Shown: in pieces, positions 13,831 to 23,976 of the stretch
How positions within the stretch are numbered: position 1 is the stretch's first letter
Layout of the letters: every line of letters begins with the position of its first letter
Virus record (IMG/VR): IMGVR_UViG_3300028591_000010
Span: 32,001-96,000 of that record
DNA length: 64,000 nt
Source of the DNA: a virus
Lineage: Duplodnaviria > Caudoviricetes
Reading direction: 5' to 3' (one strand)
Translations under genes and position numbers: made by a program
The notes under the pieces: generated by a model
Database searches by the model: none
Told to the model about the DNA's origin: nothing
The model's input: only the letters and a program-made list of their open reading frames with translations

Positions 13831-14074
13831 GAACAGCGTCTTTTACGCCATCCTTATCGAATCGAATAGCGGATACAATCTTACCGTCCTTACGGAGTGC
13901 AAGATAACTATTGTCTTCCTTTTCAAACTTCTTATCGATAGCAATCACCTCATAACCGTCTGACATCTGTTTAATGATGTAAGGCTGTTTGAGATATCTG
14001 TATGCTGCATATGCGGCTCCTGCACCAGTACATATCATACCAAGCAGAAAACCGAGGATCAAAGTCTCAATCAT
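13817..14074 (-). CDS. Small membrane protein
   Basis: N-terminal hydrophobic helix; overlaps both neighbours. Confidence 0.65.
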   Translation of the reverse strand: MIETLILGFLLGMICTGAGAAYAAYRYLKQPYIIKQMSDGYEVIAIDKKFEKEDNSYLALRKDGKIVSAIRFDKDGVKDAVHDIL

Positions 14075-15041
14075 ATCGCTTTACTGTATTTGTAAACCAA
14101 GTTTTCACTTGGTCATAGTTATTATTCTTTACTGCGTCTGAAATATCTTTCGATTTAAATTTCTTGTGGACAAATATAGCGTCAAATTTATACTGTTTAC
14201 TGTAATCACGAGCTTTCAACATTCCTGTTGCATCTCGATCATACAATATAACAATATGTTTCCATTTACGTCGTAATGACTTAATTATATCTTCTGGTAT
14301 AAAGGTAGTTTCACTTGATGCAGCTATAGCATTAAATCCCATCTCATACAAACACATCACGTCTTTCAACGATTTTGTGATTATAAGCAGATTTCCCCCC
14401 TCATAGGGCAATTCGGCTAATCCCTGAACGTGCCGATTTGTCAGATTGGTACGCCATTTAGTATACTTTGAGGCTAAAGGACGATAAATCTTAAACTTAT
14501 CATAAACCTTATATGCATACATAGGACTATCTTCTTTGTAGGTTCCTCTGACGACTCTATTACATAAGAAGTATTTAATGCTAAATACATTGAATCGCTT
14601 TAATGTATCAATTGATATATGAAATTGCTTCCAATATCTCTTGTCTGCTTCAGTAAACGGTTGTCGAACTATTCCGATATCAGTATCTTCTCTAGGAGTA
14701 TATGATCGCGTCACTGTTGCCGCACTGCTGGTTGGATTAGATCGCCGTACGATCCTCAGCAATTCTTTCTCTAGTTCTTCTCTCGTTTGTATTCCTTTAT
14801 AGAGCTTCATAAACTTGAGAGCATTACCTGCTACTCCAGTTCCATGATCTTTGAAGAATAATGTACCTTCTTTATTTGGAAATATACAAAAAGAGGGCAT
14901 CTTATCATCACTTCGTAAAGGACTATTCATTAACTTACCAGGCTTAAATGGGCCTAAATAATATGAATAGATTGTATAGTCATCCACTTTTGACAACAAG
15001 TCTCTAAGACTCATTGTGATTGCTGTTTTTGTGCTATACAT
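14067..15041 (-). CDS. DNA primase (TOPRIM, crAss-type)
   Basis: SPLRSDDKMPSF..FKDHGTG N-domain; IITKSLKDVMCL and ILYDRDATG TOPRIM motifs; KDISD. Confidence 0.8.
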   Translation of the reverse strand: MYSTKTAITMSLRDLLSKVDDYTIYSYYLGPFKPGKLMNSPLRSDDKMPSFCIFPNKEGTLFFKDHGTGVAGNALKFMKLYKGIQTREELEKELLRIVRRSNPTSSAATVTRSYTPREDTDIGIVRQPFTEADKRYWKQFHISIDTLKRFNVFSIKYFLCNRVVRGTYKEDSPMYAYKVYDKFKIYRPLASKYTKWRTNLTNRHVQGLAELPYEGGNLLIITKSLKDVMCLYEMGFNAIAASSETTFIPEDIIKSLRRKWKHIVILYDRDATGMLKARDYSKQYKFDAIFVHKKFKSKDISDAVKNNNYDQVKTWFTNTVKRYD

Positions 15042-15065
15042 GGCTTATAAGCTCTTTTGTATTGT

Positions 15066-15125
15066 TGTGTGTAGGGATTCGAACCCTATTACGTAATTTT
15101 TCATACGCAGCCTCCAGGATCACAC
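15066..15125 (-). ncRNA. tRNA-like element upstream of primase
   Basis: GTGTG..TAGGG-TTCGAAT-CCCTA-CACAC: perfect T arm on a short acceptor stem; no canonical D or anticodon arm. Confidence 0.55.
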
Positions 15126-15399
15126 TTCAGGTCATCTTAAACTCTTTTGTATATTCTTTGTCTTTTACACAGTTTGAATAAAACTTCCAACCCACATATC
15201 ACCATGTTTATTTCTAAGAGGAGTGATATGATTTGACCTCTTCGTTAGGGGCTGACAGGATTAACCTATCAGTCCTCCACCACTGACCGTTTTCATCAAC
15301 CACATATAGATATGAGGACAACTCCATCTCAATTTATAGAAATAAAGTTTATCCGTCCTATCTAAGTGGATGTATCTTATGATTTCCTTTTCAGGTATA

Positions 15400-15996
15400 T
15401 CAAAAAGGCAGGTCGTCAGCACCTGTTGAAGTCTCAGTCACCGGAGTAGCTGCTACGCTAAGCGGATCTGCAGCAGGCTCGTTGTCTGCTACAACTGGAC
15501 GCTCAAGAAGATCGTTCTTCCAGAGCTTAATCTGAGACTCTGTTACACTCATAGGTTCAACGAATGCACCAAGAGAACTTACTTTCGTAAATCCTTTCTT
15601 GTCATAAACCACCTTAAGACGAAGAGGAGTAGCCAACTGAACTGTTTCCAGCTGAGTTTTAACCCAATTTATCATTTCAATAAACGAGCTACCTTCAAAC
15701 TCATTATGACTACCGTTAACAGAATCTATTACCTGCAGAATACGACCGAACTGCTGATTATCGCGCTGCTGAAGTTCTTCATCAGTCTTAATCCACATAT
15801 TCTTCTCGTTCTTCCACTCAGTCATAGTTGCTGTCTGACCCTGTTCATTCTCAAAGATTATCTCCAAGAAATCACGTCCTTGAGGTGTTTTATTTACATT
15901 AACTTCTTTTAAAGTTACATTTTCGTTGATGCCTACAGGCATATAGGAGCTTGTAAACTCCTGATTATTTGTTGTTGCTGTTTTTGTACTATACAT
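15400..15996 (-). CDS. Single-stranded DNA-binding protein (putative)
   Basis: Acidic tail ending ADDLPF; sits in the replication cluster next to a Sak4-like ATPase. Confidence 0.7.
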   Translation of the reverse strand: MYSTKTATTNNQEFTSSYMPVGINENVTLKEVNVNKTPQGRDFLEIIFENEQGQTATMTEWKNEKNMWIKTDEELQQRDNQQFGRILQVIDSVNGSHNEFEGSSFIEMINWVKTQLETVQLATPLRLKVVYDKKGFTKVSSLGAFVEPMSVTESQIKLWKNDLLERPVVADNEPAADPLSVAATPVTETSTGADDLPF

Positions 15997-16022
15997 AATT
16001 TCCGATATTGACTCTAAGGTTC

Positions 16023-16766
16023 TTATTCAGGTTTATAAACACGATCCCAATAGGTTGTTATAGATCCATCATCGTTTCCGGTAGCAATGACAATGTCCTT
16101 GCCCGCGATATGTCTAGCGCGAGCTTCCATGATCGTTCCATCTCCTCCGGATTTAAAACTAATGTGCGTTTCATTATCCTTCCGATAGACGTATCCGACT
16201 GCATCAGCCATTCCGCAGACAATCTTTCCAAGTTTTCCAACGAGGTCGATTTCTTTGGCGTTGACCTCTTCGCCATCTTTATCGGTGATACTATCTTTGA
16301 CATGTCCTATTAGGATAAACTCGTCACACAAATCTTTGAACATATCGATTACTTTCTTTACAGCATCGCGTAAGTACTTATAACCTGCACCTCTTGCGAG
16401 TGTTGTAACATCAGTACCTTTCCAGTTTTTACCCAGTTCAGTCTGCTGATACAATTTGCAAGCATAAGACATACATATGTCCTCTAATCGTGTAGCATTA
16501 TCTATTGTTATATGTTTATAGAAATTATGTCCTACCTCATCGTTCTTAGCTCTAATGGCTTGTGCTATCTCTCCCAGATCATTGATGGTACGTGCCTGAA
16601 CAGCTAGCGCATCTATGAACTGAGATCCGCCTTCAAGGTCTATGATGAGATTATTCTCCAACTGTGCTACACACGAAGTCTTACCAGACTTAGGAAGTCC
16701 GTATAGGATTAAATATGTAGGATTAGTAGAGACTGCAGGAACTTTTTGAGTAGGTAATGTTATCAT
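16023..16766 (-). CDS. AAA_24 / Sak4-like P-loop ATPase (ssDNA annealing/recombination)
   Basis: ILYGLPKSGKTS, IIDLEGG, ITIDN, ILIGH, ADAVGY. Confidence 0.8.
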   Translation of the reverse strand: MITLPTQKVPAVSTNPTYLILYGLPKSGKTSCVAQLENNLIIDLEGGSQFIDALAVQARTINDLGEIAQAIRAKNDEVGHNFYKHITIDNATRLEDICMSYACKLYQQTELGKNWKGTDVTTLARGAGYKYLRDAVKKVIDMFKDLCDEFILIGHVKDSITDKDGEEVNAKEIDLVGKLGKIVCGMADAVGYVYRKDNETHISFKSGGDGTIMEARARHIAGKDIVIATGNDDGSITTYWDRVYKPE

Positions 16767-16787
16767 ATTGACTTAAAGTTCTAATAA

Positions 16788-17282
16788 TTAAAGGATGTTA
16801 ATATTAATGTTCTTAGCACCCTTAATATAAATGTCGATGATAGTCTTCTTCTTGTTCTCAGCAAGAGAATTCAGGAAGGAAATATTACCGAAGTCCTCGT
16901 AATCGAAGAAATCGTAACCAATCTGAATATTATTCTCGTAGAAAACAATAGGAGTACCATCTGACAGAGTATAACACTTACCGATAATGTACGGGAGCTT
17001 ATACTTCTTGGTATACAACTTATAATTGGTAAGGAACTTACCAGCATCATACAACTTGGGACCGCCCGTCAGGATAATATCACCTGAAGTTTTGCTGAGG
17101 AAATAATCAGCGTCCTCATTCTTTGTACTCAGATTCTTGAACAAATACTGGTTCTTGTCGATTATATCAGTAAGAATGATATCATCGAGAATCTTAGAAT
17201 AGTTTGTACTGCTGGGATTAGCCAGAAAGGAATAATTCTTATTGTTGTTCTTAGTCTTACCAAAAGTGAAAGTCTTTGTCAT
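16788..17282 (-). CDS. Hypothetical protein
   Basis: 164-aa ORF in operon. Confidence 0.75.
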   Translation of the reverse strand: MTKTFTFGKTKNNNKNYSFLANPSSTNYSKILDDIILTDIIDKNQYLFKNLSTKNEDADYFLSKTSGDIILTGGPKLYDAGKFLTNYKLYTKKYKLPYIIGKCYTLSDGTPIVFYENNIQIGYDFFDYEDFGNISFLNSLAENKKKTIIDIYIKGAKNININIL

Positions 17283-17327
17283 AATTCAGCCTAAATTTAA
17301 AAGTTAATACTTGTCATCCACAACGTA

Positions 17328-18251
17328 TTAGCTTTCAATCAGATTATTAAACATAAGGTCATTCTCGAATTCAAGTATACAAGGTTTACCTGCATCTCTG
17401 TTTTTCAACATATGCATGTAGACTTTGTTTTGTGTAGGTAGATGATTCGGACCATATTCTTGTATGTTCAAAATCTCTGGTCTATGCATTACGAGCACAT
17501 AATCACTCGCTTGAAACATTGCATCGGATGACGATAAATCGCTGCGCATTGGGTAATGACTCAGCGGATTGTTTATCCTTTCTGAAGATTCAATGTTTCT
17601 ATTCATCTGTGCTATTTGCACTACTGACGTTAACGGGAACTTTTTAGCTTGTATGAAAACACGCTCAAGTTCTGCTGTTGTCTCTATTACAGAACCAACT
17701 TGTTTCGTCAGCAGAGTATGGTCATACACTATTAAGAAGTGCTTGCCCGTATCTTTCACATAGGTGAAATAGAATTCATTTATAATACGTCTTACATCTT
17801 CAGGAGTACCTGGATTATCTACAAAATAGATAGGATATTCCTTTAGCTGATTAGATACTCTAATGACTTCCTTAAAGGTATTGTCATCGAGGTCCGTCTC
17901 CGAACTATACAAGGTAGAAGTCGTTTTACGAAGTTTATTCGAAAGCGTTCTTCCAACTTGCCTAAATCCAACCATCTCTAATGAGAATGATAAGATGATT
18001 ATATCTTCATTAGGATTCAAATCAATCACATCAGTAGTTAGCTCATTAACAAACGAGCTCTTACCGGAACCAGAGATACCAGCTATGGTATAAACGGTAT
18101 TTGGTTCAATACCTCCCATACACTGCTTATTAAACTTAGACCACCTAGTTTTCAATGAAACAATATTATGTTCCCTTCTACCTCTGATATAGTTGATAGC
18201 TTCTTGAGCTACAACACTCATTGGACGTACTTTAGATGATATCTGTTCCAT
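17328..18251 (-). CDS. dnaB: DnaB-like replicative helicase (C-terminal ATPase domain)
   Basis: AGISGSGKSS, FSLEM, IVYDH, AQMNR, SDLSSSDAMFQASD, KNRDAG. Confidence 0.9.
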   Translation of the reverse strand: MEQISSKVRPMSVVAQEAINYIRGRREHNIVSLKTRWSKFNKQCMGGIEPNTVYTIAGISGSGKSSFVNELTTDVIDLNPNEDIIILSFSLEMVGFRQVGRTLSNKLRKTTSTLYSSETDLDDNTFKEVIRVSNQLKEYPIYFVDNPGTPEDVRRIINEFYFTYVKDTGKHFLIVYDHTLLTKQVGSVIETTAELERVFIQAKKFPLTSVVQIAQMNRNIESSERINNPLSHYPMRSDLSSSDAMFQASDYVLVMHRPEILNIQEYGPNHLPTQNKVYMHMLKNRDAGKPCILEFENDLMFNNLIES

Positions 18252-18798
18252 AAGAATTTACTGCTATTTTGTTCGTATCTTCCATTTCTTCCTCGATGGC
18301 CTCCCATTGGCTTCTAGTGAGCCAATTCCACATAGTCATCATATAACTAAGGGAGCCTTCTCTCATGCGCTTAGACACCTCGTAGTCGAGGCATTTAATT
18401 ATATGCTCTGCCATAGCGGAGCTTTTACCACATTTAGTATTGAAGAAATGCCGACATTTATTTACATTGGCACGAAGATAGCTTTTAGTGCCATCTTTAC
18501 GCATCACATATACTGGATACATATCGTAAAACAAGTCGAAATAGCTCTTATTAGGAGTTATTGCTTTATTCAACTTGTCTGTTGGTTGATATGTCACAGA
18601 GTCTCCTCTCTCTATCGACTCGACTAATAAATTATCGATTAAGTATGATATCTCGTCGTCGCTGATTAGGCTGACAATCTTGCGGACGTCTTGATATGAT
18701 GGTTGATTCTTATCCAATACCATACTTAAGAACAGTAATTGATTTGAGTTTAGCTCTGGAAATTCATCCAAGAGCTTAGTGTTTACTTCAATAATCAT
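18232..18798 (-). CDS. Putative replication initiator / helicase-loader-like protein
   Basis: FDLFYDMYP..WNWL pattern; lies between PolB and the helicase. Confidence 0.5.
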   Translation of the reverse strand: MIIEVNTKLLDEFPELNSNQLLFLSMVLDKNQPSYQDVRKIVSLISDDEISYLIDNLLVESIERGDSVTYQPTDKLNKAITPNKSYFDLFYDMYPVYVMRKDGTKSYLRANVNKCRHFFNTKCGKSSAMAEHIIKCLDYEVSKRMREGSLSYMMTMWNWLTRSQWEAIEEEMEDTNKIAVNSYGTDII

Positions 18799-18827
18799 AC
18801 TGTTGACTCGGGGTTCTAAGTTGGTTA

Positions 18828-20693
18828 CTAAAATAATGATAGCTGTTGTTCAGTGAAGTCCGCTATCACTTTTTTGGCTTCACTGATATAGTACCGATAG
18901 TTAATCTTTCGATCTTCTATCTTGCGATCATCAAACTTATTCAGGATTGTTACTCCTGATTTTGTTAACATATTTGTTCGGTCTCTATCGTCTTCAGGAT
19001 TATCCTTGAAGAGATATGCTCCGTTTGTACTTGCGTAAAATCTATTGATACGTTGTACAGGTTTATCACCATGTATAACTTTAAACTTCTTGTCTACTGC
19101 TTGTGACATCAAGAAATCACGGATTTCTCTATCCTTCTCAATAGTTTCTGTCACTGGAATATGATGAACAAAGTAATTTATAACTGCCTTAGGTATGACT
19201 ACAGGTGCTAGTCCCTTACCTAATTTGTTTTTAGTTATAAACATACCTTTTTCTTCTATCTCACCATTCTTCAAGACCCCAAAGTAGTCGTTGATAGCGT
19301 ATTGATAGAATGCTTCGTACTCATCGGTTTCAAACATAAGCTGTGTAATCTGTTCAACCTCTGAGATGGCTTCCTGAATTCCTTCTCTAAGGCTGTTTTT
19401 AGCCCTGTAGACGACGCCATCGGTGTTGACCTGTATAATCTCACATCCGAGCTCTAAAAGCCTGTCTACGAGCATTAAAAGGATTAGCTGACCGTTTATT
19501 CTAATCTTAAAAACATTGAACGGATCATACATCCAGCTTACCTCCTGTTGCATTTTACCTGTAGGAGAATTAAGCACGATCTTTAGAAACAAGTTCTTAA
19601 TCTTTTGACCTGTACGTTTTGCTTCTACTCGCTCAGCATATAAGTCAGCGAATATATCACAAAAGATTTTTCCTAAGTGGCGAGGTCCCCATTGATATTT
19701 AATCAAGAAGGACGGATACATCGAAGTCACATCTGCGTGACCTATAAACTCGTCATCTTTAGGTAGGAATATCTGCGGTGTGTGGATGGAGTGTATACCA
19801 CCCACGCCTACAGAGTATACCACGTTTGAGAGAACAAACTTCTTCTCATAGCCTTTGCGTTCTTTAGAGTATACGACTTGTTTCTTCATATCTTCTAGAA
19901 CGTCTTGTAACTTTGGATTTTTGTATTTTATATATGGCAATATGACATCCTTCAATGGAATATAATCCATTGGAGAACGCATCTCCTTTATAACATTTTT
20001 AGGAATACCTGTTCTCTTAGAATATTCTTCTAACAGAAAGGTTTCTGCCATCTTCACACTATCCATAGACAAACAGTCTATGCCGTGTTCTTGTTCAATG
20101 AACAAACGCAATTCAATATCTGGTTTCAAACGGTTTAATAACTCTTCTGTTGAATCTACGTCGTTTATATTATATGCAATCATCTCATCGATGTCATCAT
20201 CTTTGATAGGAGCATTAAAGTCACCATCATACTCCTGCACATTTCTATAATGCATTGTCACCTGCATAGTCTTAAGACCAACACGTAGTTTTCTACTGAA
20301 TTGCATTGTGAGCAAATCCATCGATTCGAAGTAATGTGCATACTTCCATCGCTTAATCCGCTCGTATTTTTCATCCTCCGTTTCCACTATATATTTCGAT
20401 AAGTTGTAAAGAGACTGACATATCTTTAAATAAGACATATTAGACAACTTATAATAGTAATCTATTATATAGTTAATTACAACATCATCATAGTGATGAT
20501 TATTATAACCACAGAACATCTTTTCAGAACTATCATAATAGAAAAAATCAACTAGACTGTCTAGCTGATTCTTTCTATTAGATATTTCGAATTTATGTAT
20601 TTGTCCACTTTCAGTATCTTTACAGCAACAGTGGAATGCGTTAGGGAAGATCTCTACGTCATATACGTAGACTCGTCGATTTCGTATCCACAT
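18828..20693 (-). CDS. polB: Family B DNA polymerase with 3'-5' exonuclease
   Basis: YDVEIF, GYNNHHYD, YNINDV, DVTSMYPS, KIVLNSPTG, QVNTDGV; C-terminal QLSLF; stop is TAG followed by TAA. Confidence 0.92.
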   Translation of the reverse strand: MWIRNRRVYVYDVEIFPNAFHCCCKDTESGQIHKFEISNRKNQLDSLVDFFYYDSSEKMFCGYNNHHYDDVVINYIIDYYYKLSNMSYLKICQSLYNLSKYIVETEDEKYERIKRWKYAHYFESMDLLTMQFSRKLRVGLKTMQVTMHYRNVQEYDGDFNAPIKDDDIDEMIAYNINDVDSTEELLNRLKPDIELRLFIEQEHGIDCLSMDSVKMAETFLLEEYSKRTGIPKNVIKEMRSPMDYIPLKDVILPYIKYKNPKLQDVLEDMKKQVVYSKERKGYEKKFVLSNVVYSVGVGGIHSIHTPQIFLPKDDEFIGHADVTSMYPSFLIKYQWGPRHLGKIFCDIFADLYAERVEAKRTGQKIKNLFLKIVLNSPTGKMQQEVSWMYDPFNVFKIRINGQLILLMLVDRLLELGCEIIQVNTDGVVYRAKNSLREGIQEAISEVEQITQLMFETDEYEAFYQYAINDYFGVLKNGEIEEKGMFITKNKLGKGLAPVVIPKAVINYFVHHIPVTETIEKDREIRDFLMSQAVDKKFKVIHGDKPVQRINRFYASTNGAYLFKDNPEDDRDRTNMLTKSGVTILNKFDDRKIEDRKINYRYYISEAKKVIADFTEQQLSLF

Positions 20694-20719
20694 GACTCAA
20701 AGGTTCTTTAGTTTATACT

Positions 20720-20841
20720 AGTAGAATGGTGAGGAGTCGAACCTCACATCACCGATTGGAGGGAAACCTTATTAAAGGAAATATTGAGTTTCTCGAATAT
20801 CTTTACACCATCCCCGTTCTTACCTTTAAATGACATTCTAC
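20720..20841 (-). ncRNA. tRNA-like element upstream of polB
   Basis: GTAGAATG (20841-20834) pairs with CATTCTAC (20728-20721), stacked on GTGAGG-TTCGACT-CCTCAC; long non-canonical insert. Confidence 0.55.
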
Positions 20842-21081
20842 ACTTGCGCACACCGTGGAATTCAACCACTCTCCGTTTCGAATGAGACGCTTGGCGACTC
20901 ACGAAGAACTGCGCGGTCACCCCCGATTCTTTCGAATCTGCCGATGTCGTGACATGCAGTAGTGTGCTACACAGTTACGTTTTAGTTCCGCTATCGGGGA
21001 GCTCAACTCTCGTATTACATTTTTTCCGTTTGCTACGAATTTCACGTAGCGATGGTGTACTAAAAGAGGCTTTACTGTGCA

Positions 21082-21933
21082 TTATGCGGCTTGAGGCAAG
21101 ATCATACGACCCTTCTTACGCTTATGGTCTTTCAGGTTTGATGCTACAAGCTTCTTATTCAGAGCTTTAGCCTCGTTCGTAATCTTCTGTGCCTTTCTCA
21201 GCAGCTTAGAGTTTTTATCCAGCTCATTCACACGATGACCATCACCGTTGATGTCTTTCAACTCTGCTATTTGCTTTTCCTGATACTGTGCAGTACCAGA
21301 TTCACTGATTTTGTACCGACCAGTGAGCGGTAACTTGTCAAACATAGAGACAACGAAGTCTCTTATTCGTATCAAAGCCTGTTCCTTCTCAGCTTCCCAA
21401 GCAGGAATCAATTCGTCCTTAAACAAATCGTCGTCAGGACAAGGCTTCGGATGTTTCTTCTCCCATTTCTTGAGCTTATCTTGAGTATAAAACTCCATCT
21501 TGGCTGCTTTGCCTAGATTCTTCCACAGTTTCTTTTGATAATCCTGTGAGTTGGGATACTCTGATGGATAGTCCCATTTCTTAAGTTCGACTGTTCCATC
21601 CTTATGTTTTATCCACTTCTCTCCGCGTATTCTCTTATAAAGAGACTTGCACTGTGGATACTTCTCGTGTTTCCAATTACAAGTGAGTTGATGATACGTT
21701 AATCCGTATTTATCAGGTTTATCGTTAATCACCATATATGCTCCAGCCATATTAGGTCCTACATTGAATCTAGATAGCTTATTTGTTATTGTATTCCACG
21801 GAACCTGATATATCTTCTTATCAGAAAACTTTTTAGGTACGGTACAATTTCTAACGGAGAATTGACGACTCATGGCTGCAAGATGCGCTACTTTTCTTCT
21901 ACGCACCTTAGGACGTACACTGCGACTTCCCAT
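21082..21933 (-). CDS. Basic hypothetical protein ending in ..PQAA
   Basis: 283-aa Lys-rich ORF. Confidence 0.8.
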   Translation of the reverse strand: MGSRSVRPKVRRRKVAHLAAMSRQFSVRNCTVPKKFSDKKIYQVPWNTITNKLSRFNVGPNMAGAYMVINDKPDKYGLTYHQLTCNWKHEKYPQCKSLYKRIRGEKWIKHKDGTVELKKWDYPSEYPNSQDYQKKLWKNLGKAAKMEFYTQDKLKKWEKKHPKPCPDDDLFKDELIPAWEAEKEQALIRIRDFVVSMFDKLPLTGRYKISESGTAQYQEKQIAELKDINGDGHRVNELDKNSKLLRKAQKITNEAKALNKKLVASNLKDHKRKKGRMILPQAA

Positions 21934-21962
21934 ATCAGTTTAGCTATTAAATCTAACATAGG

Positions 21963-22661
21963 TTATGCGGCCTTTTTAAGGCCTTCTGAGCTCTTTTTAG
22001 AGTTCAGCTGGACAGTTGTACTACCCTTCTTCTTTGCTGCCTTCTCAGTGGCCCATTTGTCGCGTAGAGATTTTACTTGAGCTTTGAAGTTTTTACGATT
22101 CTTCTTGCTCATATTAGCAACATTATAGCGCTTTTTGAGAACGTTCTTACCCTTTGGGCGGCTATGTGGAACGTTCTTGTTCTTGGGTTTCTTCGGAATC
22201 TCCTCTTTGGATATGACTGATTCCATCTTCTTAGCATATGGATATATCTTTGCTTTCGGAGGAGCAATCTCACGAATCTTCGCGAGTATATCCTGATTAC
22301 CATCTATAGAGAAGTACGTATCTCCGTGATACTTATACTGAATCTTGGCTTTTGCCAAAGCCTCCTTCATCATAGCACTATCCTTTGTGTCTAGCATTAC
22401 GAGGATGCTATATTCCTTCGGAGCATTAAGTTGCTCTATGAGTTTCTTAACCAACTCCTCTGTCTTCTCTTCCGTAAACTTCATACGAGCACAACGGCGA
22501 CGTAGTGCATTAATTCGGAAATTACGGAACTGTTCTTCACGAGCCTTTTTACGAGCTTCTGCGTCTTTAATAGACTTTACCTTACCTGTAGGAACATTAG
22601 ATGTATTCTTATTGGTAGCCTGACCATTCTTGGCAGTTTCTACCTGCGTATTCTTATTCAT
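21963..22661 (-). CDS. Very basic hypothetical protein ending in ..GLKKAA
   Basis: 232-aa Lys-rich ORF with A-rich leader. Confidence 0.8.
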   Translation of the reverse strand: MNKNTQVETAKNGQATNKNTSNVPTGKVKSIKDAEARKKAREEQFRNFRINALRRRCARMKFTEEKTEELVKKLIEQLNAPKEYSILVMLDTKDSAMMKEALAKAKIQYKYHGDTYFSIDGNQDILAKIREIAPPKAKIYPYAKKMESVISKEEIPKKPKNKNVPHSRPKGKNVLKKRYNVANMSKKNRKNFKAQVKSLRDKWATEKAAKKKGSTTVQLNSKKSSEGLKKAA

Positions 22662-22892
22662 ATTGATTATGATGTTTTTAAAAGTTAAAATAATTTGTTA
22701 ATTGTACGCGCAAACCAATTCATGCGCTTGAGCATATAGACTATATTATTGTGGTCATTATAGACACCAATAACTTTGTAGTCTTTTGACAGCTCTTCGA
22801 GACGAGTATTACTGATAATACCGTCACTGGTTATTTGGATATATTTTTGTTTCATATTGATTACGATTTAAAAGTTTTGGGAAATATTTTTG

Positions 22893-22951
22893 TGATCGGT
22901 TACGGGAACGATCCGCTCATACATAGAAATGTATGCACCAACATTCCGATC
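22893..22951 (-). ncRNA. Degenerate tRNA-like element
   Basis: GATCGG/CCGATC stem, CATACAT-TTCT-ATGTATG arm and GCGG-ATCGTTC-CCGT T-like arm. Confidence 0.35.
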
Positions 22952-22960
22952 GGTTTTCGC

Positions 22961-23515
22961 TTATATAGCGAAATCCTGCTCAAACATAGTAGCAGTCTTA
23001 TCGTCAAGAGTAATCTCAGTATTGTTATTGAAATTCTCCATATTAGTGTCAAACTTATTAGCCTTCAACTGCAAATCCTTAATCAGAGCTGCAATCTTAG
23101 CACTTGTGAAAATCTCCTCCTTACCAATATTCTTAAGACCCTTCTGAGCCTTAGTCTTCTGGTCAAGCGTAGGAATCATCTTAAGCTGTGCAATAGCCTC
23201 CTTCATCTCACAAGCCATGAAGATGCTATAATTGTTGGTCTTCTTGAAATCCTCAGCATTGAACGTATCAATACCCATATTTAAATAAAACAACATACCT
23301 TTAATATACACCAGCTTCTCTGCCATCTGAGTAATCTCGTTATAGAGAGCCTTCAGATCGTGTGTACGGAAGCCATTCTTAATCTCTTTCTTAGAGAGCA
23401 GATTCTCTGCCTTAATATAGCTCCAATACTTCTTCTTCTTACTATTAATATCATCACGCATATTAATAATCTTACCTGAGTTCAACTTAATTGATTTCGT
23501 CATATATATAAACAT
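22961..23515 (-). CDS. Hypothetical protein
   Basis: 184-aa helical ORF. Confidence 0.8.
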   Translation of the reverse strand: MFIYMTKSIKLNSGKIINMRDDINSKKKKYWSYIKAENLLSKKEIKNGFRTHDLKALYNEITQMAEKLVYIKGMLFYLNMGIDTFNAEDFKKTNNYSIFMACEMKEAIAQLKMIPTLDQKTKAQKGLKNIGKEEIFTSAKIAALIKDLQLKANKFDTNMENFNNNTEITLDDKTATMFEQDFAI

Positions 23516-23625
23516 TTGATTTAGTTAGACTTCGTGTTAATTAAATTGAATTCGAGTATCATCTACCTGTGACTTATAGCAAATCGCTTCACTATAAATC
23601 TAAACAAATCTCTGTGAGGGCAGAA

Positions 23626-23976
23626 TCCCGCAAGATTCTACCCTCAAACTCCCGCAAGAGTTATAGACGAGATAAGTTTTATGAAAATAGCATTATCGAC
23701 AATGACCTAGATATATTCATTGCTCAGTTCATCAAGATGTTATTATACTACCGCAATAATATAACAACTAAATCCCGCAAGATTTATTAGTCTCGACTAA
23801 TATGAGCTCCGACTACACCCATTTCAAGGTCAATAAATGCTCTACCAGTTGCGTCTGGAAAACGATACGTATGAGTACGTGTACGAGTATTAACGTTAAC
23901 GACAATGTTTGTGTCATTGGCAGGTGTCTCAGTGACTACAACCCTTGAGCCCGACTTCCTCTGGTCTCCCGCAAGA
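23626..23976 (-). repeat. Four hairpins sharing TCTTGCGGGA (loop UUGCGG)
   Basis: TCCCGCAAGA on + at 23626, 23650, 23773 and 23967, each with different self-complementary flanks. Confidence 0.75.
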
